Source: Pyrinomonadaceae bacterium
Lineage (GTDB): Bacteria; Acidobacteriota; Blastocatellia; Pyrinomonadales; Pyrinomonadaceae
NCBI GenBank assembly: GCA_047600985.1
Contig: JASGKA010000001.1
Span: 288,105-352,104 of the forward strand
Direction of reading: 5' to 3'
Length of the DNA: 64,000 nucleotides
The translations under genes and the position numbers were made by a program. The notes under the pieces were generated by a model. The model ran no database searches and was not told the DNA's origin. It saw only the letters and a list, made by a program, of their open reading frames with translations. Positions 27,406 through 37,437 of this stretch are shown here, piece by piece (the stretch's first letter is position 1; every line of letters starts with the position of its first letter).

Positions 27406-28407
27406 CTACAATTCCAACCGCACCTCATCCCCGTCCCTCACCTCGATCTTTCCCTTACGATCGTGGGCGAATTCGCTCACAAGTTCCGTAAAGATCTCAC
27501 TCTTTTCCTCCTGTGGGACGTGGCCGCAGTCTTTTAGGATGACGAAGCGGGAATTTAGGATCTCTTCGTGGAGTTTGTAGCCGTTTTTGATCGGGATGAC
27601 GTTGTCCTGGTCACCCCAGATTATGAGGGTCGGCTGGTTGATGAGGTGTGCGTCTTGTTCGAGACGATCGGCGTGCCAGTTTCGCGAGGTGGCAAGGACC
27701 GAGTGGTGGCCGTCAGCGGCGTAGAGCGGACGGCGGATCGATTCGATGCGTTCCTCGGTGATCATGTGATGATTTGCCGGAGCGAGCGTGCCCTGCATAC
27801 GGAACCGCATGAACGCCTTCGAATCGCACAAAAACGGCGTGATAGCTTCGCCGATACCGGGAACGGAGGCTAGTTTCAGGATCGGATGATTCTTCGGTTC
27901 GTCGTTGCAGACGGCATCAACCAAAACGAGTTTCTCGACATAATCCGGATCATCAAGCGTCAGATTGAGCGCCACCGCTCCGCCATACGAACTTCCCACG
28001 ATCGTCGCGCGACCGATGCCCAAACGGTTCATGAACCGCGATATCATCCTCGCCTGTCCCTGAATCGAGTAATCAAACCACGAAGGCTTTTCCGAATACC
28101 CGAACCCCAACAGATCGACCGCAATCACCCGAAACCCGGCCTCAGCCAGCATCGGAGCCGCCGTTTTCCATACATAAACCGACGCAGTGTAGCCATGGAT
28201 AAGGATCATCGGCGGATTTGCAGCATCGCCAAACTCCTGATAATGCACACGGGCTCCGTCAACATTCACAAAATGCGACCGCTCAGAATGCACCACATGA
28301 TCGGCGACCAGGTCCCATTTGACCGTCGCATCACGGGTCAAAAGCTTAACCGCGACCGCCGCTCCTACAGCTCCGCCAAAGGCTATCGCAAGATTTCGTT
28401 TTTTCAT
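27406..28407 (-). CDS. alpha/beta hydrolase fold protein (secreted)
   Basis: HGYTASVYVW, GxSxG nucleophile elbow (VGSSYGGAV), catalytic His near the C-terminus (CGHVPQEE). Start chosen at the ATG at 28407 (MKKRNLAIAFGGAVGAAVAV), not the ORF-track start at 28473. Confidence 0.75.
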   Translation of the reverse strand: MKKRNLAIAFGGAVGAAVAVKLLTRDATVKWDLVADHVVHSERSHFVNVDGARVHYQEFGDAANPPMILIHGYTASVYVWKTAAPMLAEAGFRVIAVDLLGFGYSEKPSWFDYSIQGQARMISRFMNRLGIGRATIVGSSYGGAVALNLTLDDPDYVEKLVLVDAVCNDEPKNHPILKLASVPGIGEAITPFLCDSKAFMRFRMQGTLAPANHHMITEERIESIRRPLYAADGHHSVLATSRNWHADRLEQDAHLINQPTLIIWGDQDNVIPIKNGYKLHEEILNSRFVILKDCGHVPQEEKSEIFTELVSEFAHDRKGKIEVRDGDEVRLEL

Positions 28408-28424
28408 TTGGTCATCTCTCCGCC

Positions 28425-28500
28425 CTCTGCGTCGTCCTGACTCTGCGTTCTCTGCGTTTAACGCTACATTCAACGCAGAGGCCGCCGAGGTGTCGCAGAG
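28425..28500. promoter_or_regulatory. cluster of CTCTGCG heptamers (3 direct + 2 inverted) upstream of the hydrolase gene
   Basis: CTCTGCGT at 28425, 28441, 28451. Inverted ACGCAGAG at 28473 and CGCAGAG at 28494. Confidence 0.35.
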
Positions 28501-28530
28501 TTCGCTAAGACCGAAGCCTCGTTCACAATC

Positions 28531-29439
28531 TTATACCAAAACTACTTTCGGCTGAACAACATTTTCAGCCGCGTCAAAATGCCCGATCGCGATCAGCTTT
28601 TTCTCTTCATCCAGCATCTGAACAACCTCACCATCAATGAACTCCACGTCAAAAACACGTGTGGAAAGTCCGTTTTTGGTTTTCTTCGCCCGGTCTTCGT
28701 TTAGTTCGATCTTTGCGAGATGTGCAACCGCTTCTTCCATCGGTATCAGACGGCTCGCGGGTTCTTCCATCCCGGCGAGTTCATCCAGAGTCATTGCCTC
28801 AACGATCGTAAATCTGCCCGCCGCCGTTCGTCGCAATTCGGTAAGATGCGCCCCAGTTCCCAGCTTACGTCCGATGTCCTCGGCTAGCGTTCGAATATAA
28901 GTTCCGGCGGAACAGGCAACTTTGATCGTTGCTTTATCAAAATCAGCCATCGTTCCGCCCGCTGACGCAGGCGGTTCTGACAGGAGTTCCAGCTTTTCGA
29001 TTCGCACCTTTACGGCTTTTCTTTCAACAGTCTCACCTTTGCGGGCAAGCTCGTAAAGCTTTTTGCCGTCGATCTTTTTTGCCGAATACATCGGCGGAAC
29101 CTGCTCGATCTCGCCTCTGAAATTCTCAAGAACGCGTTCGACGTCGTCAATGTTAACCCATGGTGGACCTTGGGCTTCGGACTTCGGACTTCCCGTTCGA
29201 TCTCCCGTATCGGTCTCAAATCCAAACCTCACGACCGCCTCATATTCTTTAACATCCTTGTCCAAAAACTGAGCCAGCCGAGTTGACTGGCCGACTAGGA
29301 TCACCATGACGCCGGTCGCAAAAGGATCGAGCGTGCCGGTATGTCCGACACGCTTCGTCTTCAACGCCCGCCGCACGTTGTACACAACGTCGTGCGAAGT
29401 AATTCCGGCAGGCTTATCTATGATCAAAATTCCGTTCAC
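28531..29439 (-). CDS. truB: tRNA pseudouridine(55) synthase
   Basis: ILIIDKPAGITSHDVVYNVRRALKTKRVGHTGTLDPFATGVMVILVGQSTRL is the canonical TruB catalytic region. Start placed at the GTG at 29439 (MNGILIIDKP is the usual TruB N-terminus). The ORF-track extension to 29520 runs into a repeat element. Confidence 0.85.
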   Translation of the reverse strand: MNGILIIDKPAGITSHDVVYNVRRALKTKRVGHTGTLDPFATGVMVILVGQSTRLAQFLDKDVKEYEAVVRFGFETDTGDRTGSPKSEAQGPPWVNIDDVERVLENFRGEIEQVPPMYSAKKIDGKKLYELARKGETVERKAVKVRIEKLELLSEPPASAGGTMADFDKATIKVACSAGTYIRTLAEDIGRKLGTGAHLTELRRTAAGRFTIVEAMTLDELAGMEEPASRLIPMEEAVAHLAKIELNEDRAKKTKNGLSTRVFDVEFIDGEVVQMLDEEKKLIAIGHFDAAENVVQPKVVLV

Positions 29440-29471
29440 GCCTCTAAGTCTAACCTTTGCAGGAGTCCGCT

Positions 29472-29590
29472 GCACAAGCCCGCGCGTCAGCAAGGGCGAT
29501 TCATTCAAGATAGAGTGCATTTAGATCCCGCCGGAACTTCGTCAGCCAAAGTTCGCGATTCGCCCTTGCTTACGCGCGGGCTTTTGCACG
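29472..29590. repeat. REPIN-like inverted doublet, copy B (same 31-nt motif as 26137-26211), ~54-nt spacer
   Basis: Left arm GCACAAGCCCGCGCGTCAGCAAGGGCGATTC. Right arm GATTCGCCCTTGCTTACGCGCGGGCTTTTGCACG. Confidence 0.65.
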
Positions 29591-29601
29591 AAACTTACTT
29601 C

Positions 29602-30153
29602 ATGCGGCAGCGGCGACAACCAATAAAAGACGAAGATCGCGTGATCAGCGAGCGTTCGCGCGAAAAGACGATGAAACGCGCGGGCAATCTGCTCGCCGCA
29701 AAGGCTCGTTCCGTTCGCGAACTCCGAGAACGCCTTCTCGAAAAGCCCTGGACCGACGCCTCGATCGTTGACGAAGTTATCGAGAAACTCAAAGGCTATA
29801 AATACCTCGACGACGAACAATACGCCCGCGAGACAGCACTTTCAAAGCTCCGCCAAAAGCCCCAGGGCAAACGCCGCCTGCAGCAATCGATGGCTCGCAA
29901 AAAACTTGATCGCTCGACTGTCGACACCGCTATATCCGACGCATTCGAGGCGATGCCGGAATCGGACCTGATCGACCTCGCCATCGCCAAGCGTCTCAAA
30001 CTAAAAGGCTTTCCCGACACTCGCGACGAGACGAAAAAATTCTACGATTTCCTCCTCCGCCAGGGCTTCGGCTTTGATCTGATCCGCGAGAAAATGTCGG
30101 CGGTAGATAAAAACCGTTACAGCGAAAATGAAACGGAAGATATACCTTCCTAA
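29602..30153 (+). CDS. recX: recombination regulator RecX
   Basis: Basic/acidic three-repeat helical pattern (...AKARSVRELRERLLEK...KLKGYKYLDDEQYARETALSKLRQKPQGKRRLQQSMARKKLDRSTVD...) typical of RecX. Start at the ATG at 29602, downstream of the REPIN. Confidence 0.65.
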   Translation: MRQRRQPIKDEDRVISERSREKTMKRAGNLLAAKARSVRELRERLLEKPWTDASIVDEVIEKLKGYKYLDDEQYARETALSKLRQKPQGKRRLQQSMARKKLDRSTVDTAISDAFEAMPESDLIDLAIAKRLKLKGFPDTRDETKKFYDFLLRQGFGFDLIREKMSAVDKNRYSENETEDIPS

Positions 30154-30320
30154 CTTTGCGGCCTTTGCCTACTTCGCGACTTTGCGGGAAATCAAAGCGA
30201 AACAACGCTCAACCACTTGAAGAATTCCCGAACTTGGACTAGATTCATCTCGTATATTATTTTATCGAGGTTACGCGAGATCAATTAAGGCAAATTTGGC
30301 CGTTCTCGTGATCCTAAAAG

Positions 30321-30860
30321 ATGCTTCTCCTCATTGCAGTTTTGGCTACTCTGTCGGCTGCGTTTCTGCTGTTTCGCTACGCGAAGCGGCGCGATCCTGA
30401 GCTTCCCGTCCAGCAAACGATCTCTATCGAACCGCCGTTGAACGCTCGGCCTTTATTCGAGCCGACGGACGAAGAACTGCGTCGCGAATCCGAAGAAAAA
30501 GCCGCCCGTGCGATCGCCCGCCGCGAATACCGGGCTAAAGCGAAAGCCCGCGAAGCTGTAGATTCTGCTCTAAACGATTGGCGGACGGACCGTACCTCAA
30601 AAACTGCTGCGGAATTGCTACGAGTTGCGACCGAAAGCCGCCTCGAAGGTGCGTTTTCGCGCGCTGCAAACGAGATAATCGAAGATTTCCGCTTATCCCG
30701 CTTCACTGGGATCACGGAAAGCGATCTGGCTGCGCTTTTGGACAGCCATTTGAGGCTGCTCCCCGCTGAGGAACGTTCCTCGGGTGAGCTATTTTGGCTA
30801 AAACAGGAGATCGCTGATCTCGCTGAAACGCGGGCTGCCAGCCCGCGAACGCACGGTTAA
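30321..30860 (+). CDS. hypothetical N-terminally anchored protein
   Basis: 179 aa with one N-terminal TM helix, then a charged helical region. Confidence 0.4.
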   Translation: MLLLIAVLATLSAAFLLFRYAKRRDPELPVQQTISIEPPLNARPLFEPTDEELRRESEEKAARAIARREYRAKAKAREAVDSALNDWRTDRTSKTAAELLRVATESRLEGAFSRAANEIIEDFRLSRFTGITESDLAALLDSHLRLLPAEERSSGELFWLKQEIADLAETRAASPRTHG

Positions 30861-30907
30861 CACGTAAGTTATGAACACGCGGGTTGGCAGGCTCGCGTTC
30901 CAAGTGT

Positions 30908-33094
30908 ATGCAAAACAATATTCCATTTATCGTTGCTGGCGTCATGGCCTTGATCGGCCTGCTGGTCGTCTGGTACATCGTGACCAGATTCCTCGTCAAT
31001 GTCGGAGCACAAGAGGTCGCGATCAAGGAGCGACGTTATTTTGGCCGCCGCATGCCGCAGGGTCGCGTCGTCGCAACCGAAGGCGAGGTCGGGATCCAGG
31101 CTGATGTCTTAAAACCGGGCCTCCACTTTGTCTGGTACCCTATCGAAGCGGTCGTTCGAAAAGTCCCGCTTGTCGAGATCGGAGCCGACGAACTCGGCGT
31201 CATAGAGGCCATCGACGGCGAACCGATGCAAACCGGCAGCATCTTCGCCCCCGACCGTGCGCAGAACGCCCACAACAACTTTCAGGATCCGATCACGTTC
31301 ATAAAGAATGGCGGCGTGAAGGGCATTCAGCTACGCACGCTGCCGCCAGGAAAATGGGCGATCCATCCTTACCTTTTCAACGTTTCGATCGCAAAGGCGA
31401 CGATCATTCCGCCCGGAAGCATCGGCGTTGTCACTTCTGCCGACGGCGCACAGCTCGAACCCGGACGCCTGCACGGCAGCGCGATCAAGGGACATAAGAA
31501 TTTCCAGGATGCCGAGAGTTTTATCTCAAACGGCGGCCAAAAAGGCCCGCAGGTCGAAACGCTTACGCCCGGTACGTATCGTATCCATGCCCAATCGTTC
31601 TCGATCGACAACCCGAACGATATTCAGCCGGGCCTTTTCAGCGTGAAATTGTATGAGGCGACAAAGATCTCAGAAAACCAGATCGGCCTCGTCGAAGCCC
31701 TGGACGGAGCCCCACTCGATCCGCGCGATTACGTCGCACAGGCCGTCACGGGCCACGACAATTTTCAGGACAGTAACACCTTCATCAGCGGCGGCGGCCA
31801 ACGCGGCCCGCAGAAGGACATTCTGCTGCCCGGCACCTATTACATAAACCCGCTGATGTTCAAGGTGATCCTCGAATCGGCAAAAGAGGTCAAACCCGGC
31901 GAAGTTGCCGTGATCGTGTCTAACGTCGGCAAAGATCCCGGCGAAGAGATCCGTCAGGCGATGGCCGCCAAAATACGCGAACGCCTCGAACGCGAGGAAG
32001 AAGAGCAGGTCACGATCGCTGCCGAAAAACTCGACAAAGTTGACGGCGATTCGATCTCGATCGACCAGATCAAAGCCGAGCTCACCAGCGACCCAGCCGA
32101 CAAACGCCTCGATAGCGGAGCCCACGAGGCTTATGTCGTACCCGAGGGCTATCGCGGTATTCAGGAAACGGTCGTCGGTCCTGGACGTTACTACGTCAAC
32201 ACTCTCGCGACGACCCCGATCGTGATTCCAACTACAAACATGACCGTTGAATGGACGGCGGAAGAAGTCGGAAACTCGTTCGACCCGTTCGCTGTTATCT
32301 CGAAAGATGGTTTTACCATGCAGCTTGAGGTCCGCGTCGTCTTTCGTGTGAAGCCCGAGGACGCACCGTTCATGGTCGCGAAGATCGGCAGCACCGAAAA
32401 ACTCGTCCAGAATGTCATGCACCCGCTTATCGACTCGATCTTCCGAAATCAGGCTTCGGAATCGAGCGCGATGGCTTATCTCCAGAACCGCCACGAGGAA
32501 CAGGAACGCGCCGAGGCGAGAGTTCGCATGCACCTTCTCAAGTACCACGTAGATGTCGTCAACGTGCTCATCTGCCACATTCATCTGCCCGAAGAGTTGA
32601 TGAAAACGCAGACCGAAAAGATCCTCGCCGAGCAGAAGCAGAGCATGTTCAGTGCCCAACGCGAAGCTGAGATCAAGCGTATCGAACTTGAGAAGACCAG
32701 TTCGCAGGCCGACAATCAACGCAGCCTGATGGAAGCCACGGTCGGCGTGGACATTGCCGGCAAACGCTCCGAACAGCGTAAGAAAGAAGCCGAGGGCGAG
32801 GCTTATTACATCTCGGAAACGGGTAAGGCCGAGGCTGAAAAGGTTCGGCTAATGGGTGAAGCTCAAGGCGTCGCCTACAACGAACAAGTCAAAGCCATGG
32901 GCGGTGCAAACATCGCAATGATCGAAACGCTCAAGGTCATCGGCGAAAAAGGCGTCCGCATCACGCCCGACATCCTGGCCTCAGGCGGCGGAAACGGCGA
33001 CGGCGGCGGCATCGGGCAACTTCTCTTGCTCAACCTTTTCAAGGACCAAATAAAAGCAAAGCCGCCCGAGGACGAAAAACCGCCTTCGATCTAA
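30908..33094 (+). CDS. flotillin-like SPFH/band-7 domain protein with ~4 internal tandem ~95-aa repeats
   Basis: N-terminal TM. SPFH-like PGLHFVWYPIE... The unit HxNFQDxxTFIxNGGxKGxQ...LxPGxYxIxP...PG..GVV is repeated. C-terminal flotillin-type coiled coil and Gly-rich tail. ATG at 30908 preferred over the TTG at 30884. Confidence 0.65.
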   Translation: MQNNIPFIVAGVMALIGLLVVWYIVTRFLVNVGAQEVAIKERRYFGRRMPQGRVVATEGEVGIQADVLKPGLHFVWYPIEAVVRKVPLVEIGADELGVIEAIDGEPMQTGSIFAPDRAQNAHNNFQDPITFIKNGGVKGIQLRTLPPGKWAIHPYLFNVSIAKATIIPPGSIGVVTSADGAQLEPGRLHGSAIKGHKNFQDAESFISNGGQKGPQVETLTPGTYRIHAQSFSIDNPNDIQPGLFSVKLYEATKISENQIGLVEALDGAPLDPRDYVAQAVTGHDNFQDSNTFISGGGQRGPQKDILLPGTYYINPLMFKVILESAKEVKPGEVAVIVSNVGKDPGEEIRQAMAAKIRERLEREEEEQVTIAAEKLDKVDGDSISIDQIKAELTSDPADKRLDSGAHEAYVVPEGYRGIQETVVGPGRYYVNTLATTPIVIPTTNMTVEWTAEEVGNSFDPFAVISKDGFTMQLEVRVVFRVKPEDAPFMVAKIGSTEKLVQNVMHPLIDSIFRNQASESSAMAYLQNRHEEQERAEARVRMHLLKYHVDVVNVLICHIHLPEELMKTQTEKILAEQKQSMFSAQREAEIKRIELEKTSSQADNQRSLMEATVGVDIAGKRSEQRKKEAEGEAYYISETGKAEAEKVRLMGEAQGVAYNEQVKAMGGANIAMIETLKVIGEKGVRITPDILASGGGNGDGGGIGQLLLLNLFKDQIKAKPPEDEKPPSI

Positions 33095-33141
33095 GTCAGA
33101 ACCGCCTGCGTAAGCGGGCGGAAGATTAGGGCATTTAATTC

Positions 33142-33182
33142 GCCGCAGATAAACAGCACGTTTGTCTGCGGCAAATTTTTTT
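33142..33182 (+). terminator. rho-independent terminator after the flotillin-like gene
   Basis: GCCGCAGATAAAC-AGCAC-GTTTGTCTGCGGC, then AAATTTTTTT. Confidence 0.7.
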
Positions 33183-33267
33183 GAATCCATTTCCTCGCCC
33201 ATCGCGAAATCTCAGACAAAAGGACAAACCTTTTCGCTAAAACTAAAACTCAAGGGGAAATATTGAA

Positions 33268-33840
33268 ATGAAAACACTAGTAGCATTATTCGTTCTGACA
33301 CTCGGCGTCGCTTTTGGAACTTCGACCGCCTTTGCACAGGGCGATATGAAAATGGACGGCAACCCGATGGTTGGCGGTGCAGCAATGTACAAGACCAAGA
33401 ACATCGTCGAGAACGCCGTTAACTCAAAGGATCACACCACGCTCGTCGCCGCTGTTAAGGCTGCCAGCCTGGTTGACACGCTCGCCGGTGCTGGCCCATT
33501 CACGGTTTTTGCTCCGGTAAACAGTGCATTCGACAAACTGCCCGCTGGCACGGTCGATACGCTTCTCAAGCCTGAGAACAAAGCAACCTTGGTCAAGGTC
33601 CTGACCTACCACGTAATTGCTGGAAACTTCAGCTCTGGTGACGTCGTCGCCGCGATCAAGAAAGGCAAGGGCAAAGCTGAATTCACCACCGTTGCCGGCG
33701 GCAAGCTGTGGGCAATGCTCGACGGCAAATCGGTTGTCCTCATGGACGAAAAAGGCGGGAAATCAACGGTAACGATCGCTGACGTTAAGCAATCAAACGG
33801 CGTCATCCACGTTGTCGATTCGGTACTCCTGCCAAACTAA
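33268..33840 (+). CDS. fasciclin (FAS1) domain-containing secreted protein
   Basis: Signal peptide. TVFAPVNSAFDKLPAGTVDTLL and LTYHVIAG are FAS1 H1/H2 motifs. Confidence 0.8.
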   Translation: MKTLVALFVLTLGVAFGTSTAFAQGDMKMDGNPMVGGAAMYKTKNIVENAVNSKDHTTLVAAVKAASLVDTLAGAGPFTVFAPVNSAFDKLPAGTVDTLLKPENKATLVKVLTYHVIAGNFSSGDVVAAIKKGKGKAEFTTVAGGKLWAMLDGKSVVLMDEKGGKSTVTIADVKQSNGVIHVVDSVLLPN

Positions 33841-34058
33841 ACTCCAACTCGCCCGGTCGATCGCGGGCAAAAAATATCAAGGTATTCTGCTGAAAGCGTT
33901 TCTGGAGGGGTTCGCTATTCAGCTCGAAAAAGGGAAGTCCCGCGATCAATGGGCGTTCGATCAAACCTCTCCGGCCCCACTTTTTCAATTCACTATTCAC
34001 CACAGCGAGGTTAATATTCGAAAGGGTATTGGCGTCGCTGTGTCTTTTAGGAGCCTTC

Positions 34059-34625
<567 letters not shown>

Positions 34626-34629
34626 TTCC

Positions 34630-35865
34630 TCAGCTTGTTTTTGGCTCCCCAGCCGACCGGACGGTCGTCAGGCACAATATAGCGACCACGGAAACGCAGG
34701 CACTTGCGATGAAAGCAACATGAGCTCCGTATTGGTTCCAAATCAGTCCAAAGATTAGGGACGCAGGGAAAACGGTGATGCCGAATGCCAGATTGTAGAG
34801 GCCATAGGCGGTCCCACGTTTTTCTTCCGGAACCATGTCGGCAACGAGGGCTTTTTCGACTCCTTCGGTCAGGCCGAAATACAGTCCGTAGATGATGAAA
34901 AGCAGCCAACATTGCCACGCTGAACTTACAAACGCAAATCCGAGATAAACGAATGCATAGATGATCCAACCAGATATGATCATCGTCTTGCGTCCCAGCT
35001 TGTCCGAAAGATCGCCGCCGATCAGTGAGCTTACGACCTTACTGAAATGTAGTGTCATCCAGAGAAGCGGAAGCACGACGGGCGAAACACCTGCGTCCGA
35101 TGCACGCAAAAGCAGAAAAGCGTCGGTGGAATTCGACAACGTAAATACTGCGATCACCACCAGAAAACGCTTGAAATTGGAATCGAAACCTTTCAATGAG
35201 AGGTTTGGTGCGGCGGCCGTCGAAGCGTCAGTATCGGGATTTTCGCGGACAACGAACGCAATGATCAGCAAGCCGAGCACTACCGGGACGGAAGCGAACA
35301 GAAAAACCTGTTGATATTCACCGATGGTTGGATTTTTTGTATCGACCGCAAAAATGTTCAGAAGCAGGAAGGCAGCCACGGGTCCGAATACCGCTCCCAT
35401 GTGGTCAGCCGCACGGTTGAAACCAAAGGCAAATCCGCGCTGATTCTTGGGGACGCTATCCGCGATCAACGCGTCACGCGGGGCTCCGCGAACGCCTTTG
35501 CCGACGCGGTCCGCCATTCTGACGACGAGGACCTGCGGCCATGATGTCACGAAAGCCAAAAATGGCCGCATTATCGCGGCGAGCGAATAGCCGAGAAAAA
35601 CCGGCAGTTTTCGCGATCCGAAACGATCGCTTAGGTAGCCGGAGACGAGTTTTAGCAGGCTCGCGACCGATTCGGCAAATCCCTCGATCAGGCCGATGGC
35701 AAACGGCGACGCTCCGAGGCTCAGGGCGAGAAAAGCCGGAAGCAGCGGGTAGATGATCTCGCTGGAAGTGTCATTTAATAGGCTGACCGCGCTCAACGCG
35801 AGAACATTTCGCGGCAACCGTCGATATCGCTGCCATCGTGATGTTTCGGTCGAGAGCTCGGCCAT
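34630..35865 (-). CDS. MFS transporter
   Basis: 411 aa. 12-TM pattern with an MFS motif-A-like region (GYLSDRFGSRK). Confidence 0.75.
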   Translation of the reverse strand: MAELSTETSRWQRYRRLPRNVLALSAVSLLNDTSSEIIYPLLPAFLALSLGASPFAIGLIEGFAESVASLLKLVSGYLSDRFGSRKLPVFLGYSLAAIMRPFLAFVTSWPQVLVVRMADRVGKGVRGAPRDALIADSVPKNQRGFAFGFNRAADHMGAVFGPVAAFLLLNIFAVDTKNPTIGEYQQVFLFASVPVVLGLLIIAFVVRENPDTDASTAAAPNLSLKGFDSNFKRFLVVIAVFTLSNSTDAFLLLRASDAGVSPVVLPLLWMTLHFSKVVSSLIGGDLSDKLGRKTMIISGWIIYAFVYLGFAFVSSAWQCWLLFIIYGLYFGLTEGVEKALVADMVPEEKRGTAYGLYNLAFGITVFPASLIFGLIWNQYGAHVAFIASACVSVVAILCLTTVRSAGEPKTS

Positions 35866-35877
35866 AATGCAGGAAAT

Positions 35878-36132
35878 TTATCTGGGACGCGTAGGCTTAG
35901 GACGGTCGGTATTTCCTCCGCTGCCGCCGCTGAATGCCCATAATGCGATGCTGCCGGCGATCGCGACTGCGAGAATGACGGCGACGATGACCATTCTAAA
36001 CGCCATCTTCACCGTCTTCTTCAGCATTTTGAAGGCAATAAATGCCGCCGCGAGCAGCACGAGAAAGAATACGACCGCCGCAACGACGCCGACTCCACCG
36101 GCAACCGGTGCTACGTCAAGAAGAATTGTCAT
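35878..36132 (-). CDS. small hydrophobic membrane protein
   Basis: ATGA overlap with the yacG stop. [34 protein letters not shown]... Confidence 0.35.
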   Translation of the reverse strand: MTILLDVAPVAGGVGVVAAVVFFLVLLAAAFIAFKMLKKTVKMAFRMVIVAVILAVAIAGSIALWAFSGGSGGNTDRPKPTRPR

Positions 36133-36347
36133 ACAGAACGGCCCTCCGCAGCCTTTTCTATAGCATCGATATCTTCGTCCGAAAGCGTCTCCGTTTCGCT
36201 TGGTATCGCGAATTCTTCGTCGGCCCATGCTCCGAAATCGAGCAGTTTGCAGCGTTCTGAGCAAAACGGCCTGAATTCGTTTCCGGTATATTCAGTTTCG
36301 CGTCCGCAGACGGGACATTTCACGATCGGCATAAGAAGGTTTAGCAT
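36129..36347 (-). CDS. yacG: DNA gyrase inhibitor YacG-like zinc-finger protein
   Basis: [35 protein letters not shown] matches the YacG C4 zinc-ribbon consensus. Confidence 0.7.
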   Translation of the reverse strand: MLNLLMPIVKCPVCGRETEYTGNEFRPFCSERCKLLDFGAWADEEFAIPSETETLSDEDIDAIEKAAEGRSV

Positions 36348-36453
36348 ACCAAAAGCAGGATGCGAACATCGAACCTGCCGTTGATTTCATCGAACTACTA
36401 CGTTTTCATAAACGTATTTGATGCAAAGATCTTGCATATTAATAAATAAACTT

Positions 36454-37437
36454 ATGAGCGACTACAGAGAGAGATTTGAACGTTGGCAGAAAAAGGCTAC
36501 TGAGAAGTTTGAGGAGATCGATGCGCAGCTCGGGCTGAAGGACAAGATCGAGGGCGGCGCTCGCGTCGTTGTCGACACCGCCCGCACCGGAGCCGAGCGG
36601 ATCAAAACCGAAGCCGAAAAGACCGATGTCGGTAAACGTGCCGTCAAAGTCGCTGAAGATGTGGTCGAAACAGCGGCCGGAACTGCAAAAACGGCCTGGA
36701 ATGTGAGCGAACCGCTTCGCGACGTCGCTGCCGATGCCGGATCAAAAGCCGGCGGCGTCGTTGTCGATGCTGCGGGAAAAGCCGGCGAGTTCATCGACGA
36801 CGCGGTCGAGTCAGTTGGGTCGAATGCCAAACGCGTGTCTAAGGTTGTCGGTTTTGGTGCGGGATTGTCGTCAACGCTCGATTCGGCTTTGAGATCGGCA
36901 AAGAAAGCTTCGGAATGGGTGCAGGCCGATCCGCTCCGGGCAGCGACGACCGGAGTCTCGATGGCGATCGGTGCAGGACTTGGCGTAGTTTTTACCGGGA
37001 TCAGCTCGCATTGGCTTTTGAATTCTGCAATTCCGGCGTATTCCGTCAAAAAGATCGCTCAGGAATTCGACGCCTACCTCGGGCGTCGCGAAGAAATGAT
37101 CGCCAAAGGCCATCTGTCGGATGCCGACGCCGAACGCGTCGCTTTTGAACGTGATATTGCAAAACGCATCGGAGCACCATTGCTCGGCGCATTCTCGTTC
37201 GCGTCGGGAGCCGTGATGATGAGCAATGTTCTGAATCCGGTCGCCGTGACCGGATTCCCGCTCGGCAATATTATCGGCGGAAATCCGCTGCTCGAAGGCG
37301 TCTGGTTCTTTGGTAACGGAATGGTCTGTTTCAAGACGAGCTACGATTTCTTTATGATCGCCCTCGACGGACAGGAAGATGTGGAGAAGATGGTGAACGA
37401 GATAAAAGGATTGCTGCCGTCAACGTCCGCTAGTTGA
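36454..37437 (+). CDS. hypothetical protein
   Basis: ORF-track 36418..37437. Start moved to the ATG at 36454 (MSDYRERFERWQKK). Ala/Gly-rich, no recognisable domain. Confidence 0.4.
   Translation: MSDYRERFERWQKKATEKFEEIDAQLGLKDKIEGGARVVVDTARTGAERIKTEAEKTDVGKRAVKVAEDVVETAAGTAKTAWNVSEPLRDVAADAGSKAGGVVVDAAGKAGEFIDDAVESVGSNAKRVSKVVGFGAGLSSTLDSALRSAKKASEWVQADPLRAATTGVSMAIGAGLGVVFTGISSHWLLNSAIPAYSVKKIAQEFDAYLGRREEMIAKGHLSDADAERVAFERDIAKRIGAPLLGAFSFASGAVMMSNVLNPVAVTGFPLGNIIGGNPLLEGVWFFGNGMVCFKTSYDFFMIALDGQEDVEKMVNEIKGLLPSTSAS

Noticed and set aside
29341-30153. 270-aa ORF as the RecX gene, and 28531..29520 as the full TruB gene
   Set aside because: Both N-terminal extensions are read-through translations of the REPIN-like repeat (they produce the identical SPLLTRGL peptide in unrelated genes). 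Conserved protein N-termini start downstream.
31670-32719. 349-aa ORF antisense to the flotillin-like gene
   Set aside because: It lies entirely inside a well-supported sense-strand gene. Low-complexity Leu/Asp/Phe-rich translation typical of an antisense frame in GC-rich DNA. No start context.
33841-33875. GC hairpin plus A-run after the fasciclin gene as an intrinsic terminator
   Set aside because: The A-run follows the stem on the plus strand and the T-run precedes it on the minus strand. Polarity is wrong for a canonical terminator on either strand.
36420-36445. Near-palindrome ATGCAAAGATCTTGCAT upstream of the 36454 gene as an operator
   Set aside because: Imperfect (one extra base), single occurrence, and within an ordinary AT-rich promoter region. 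Too weak to call.
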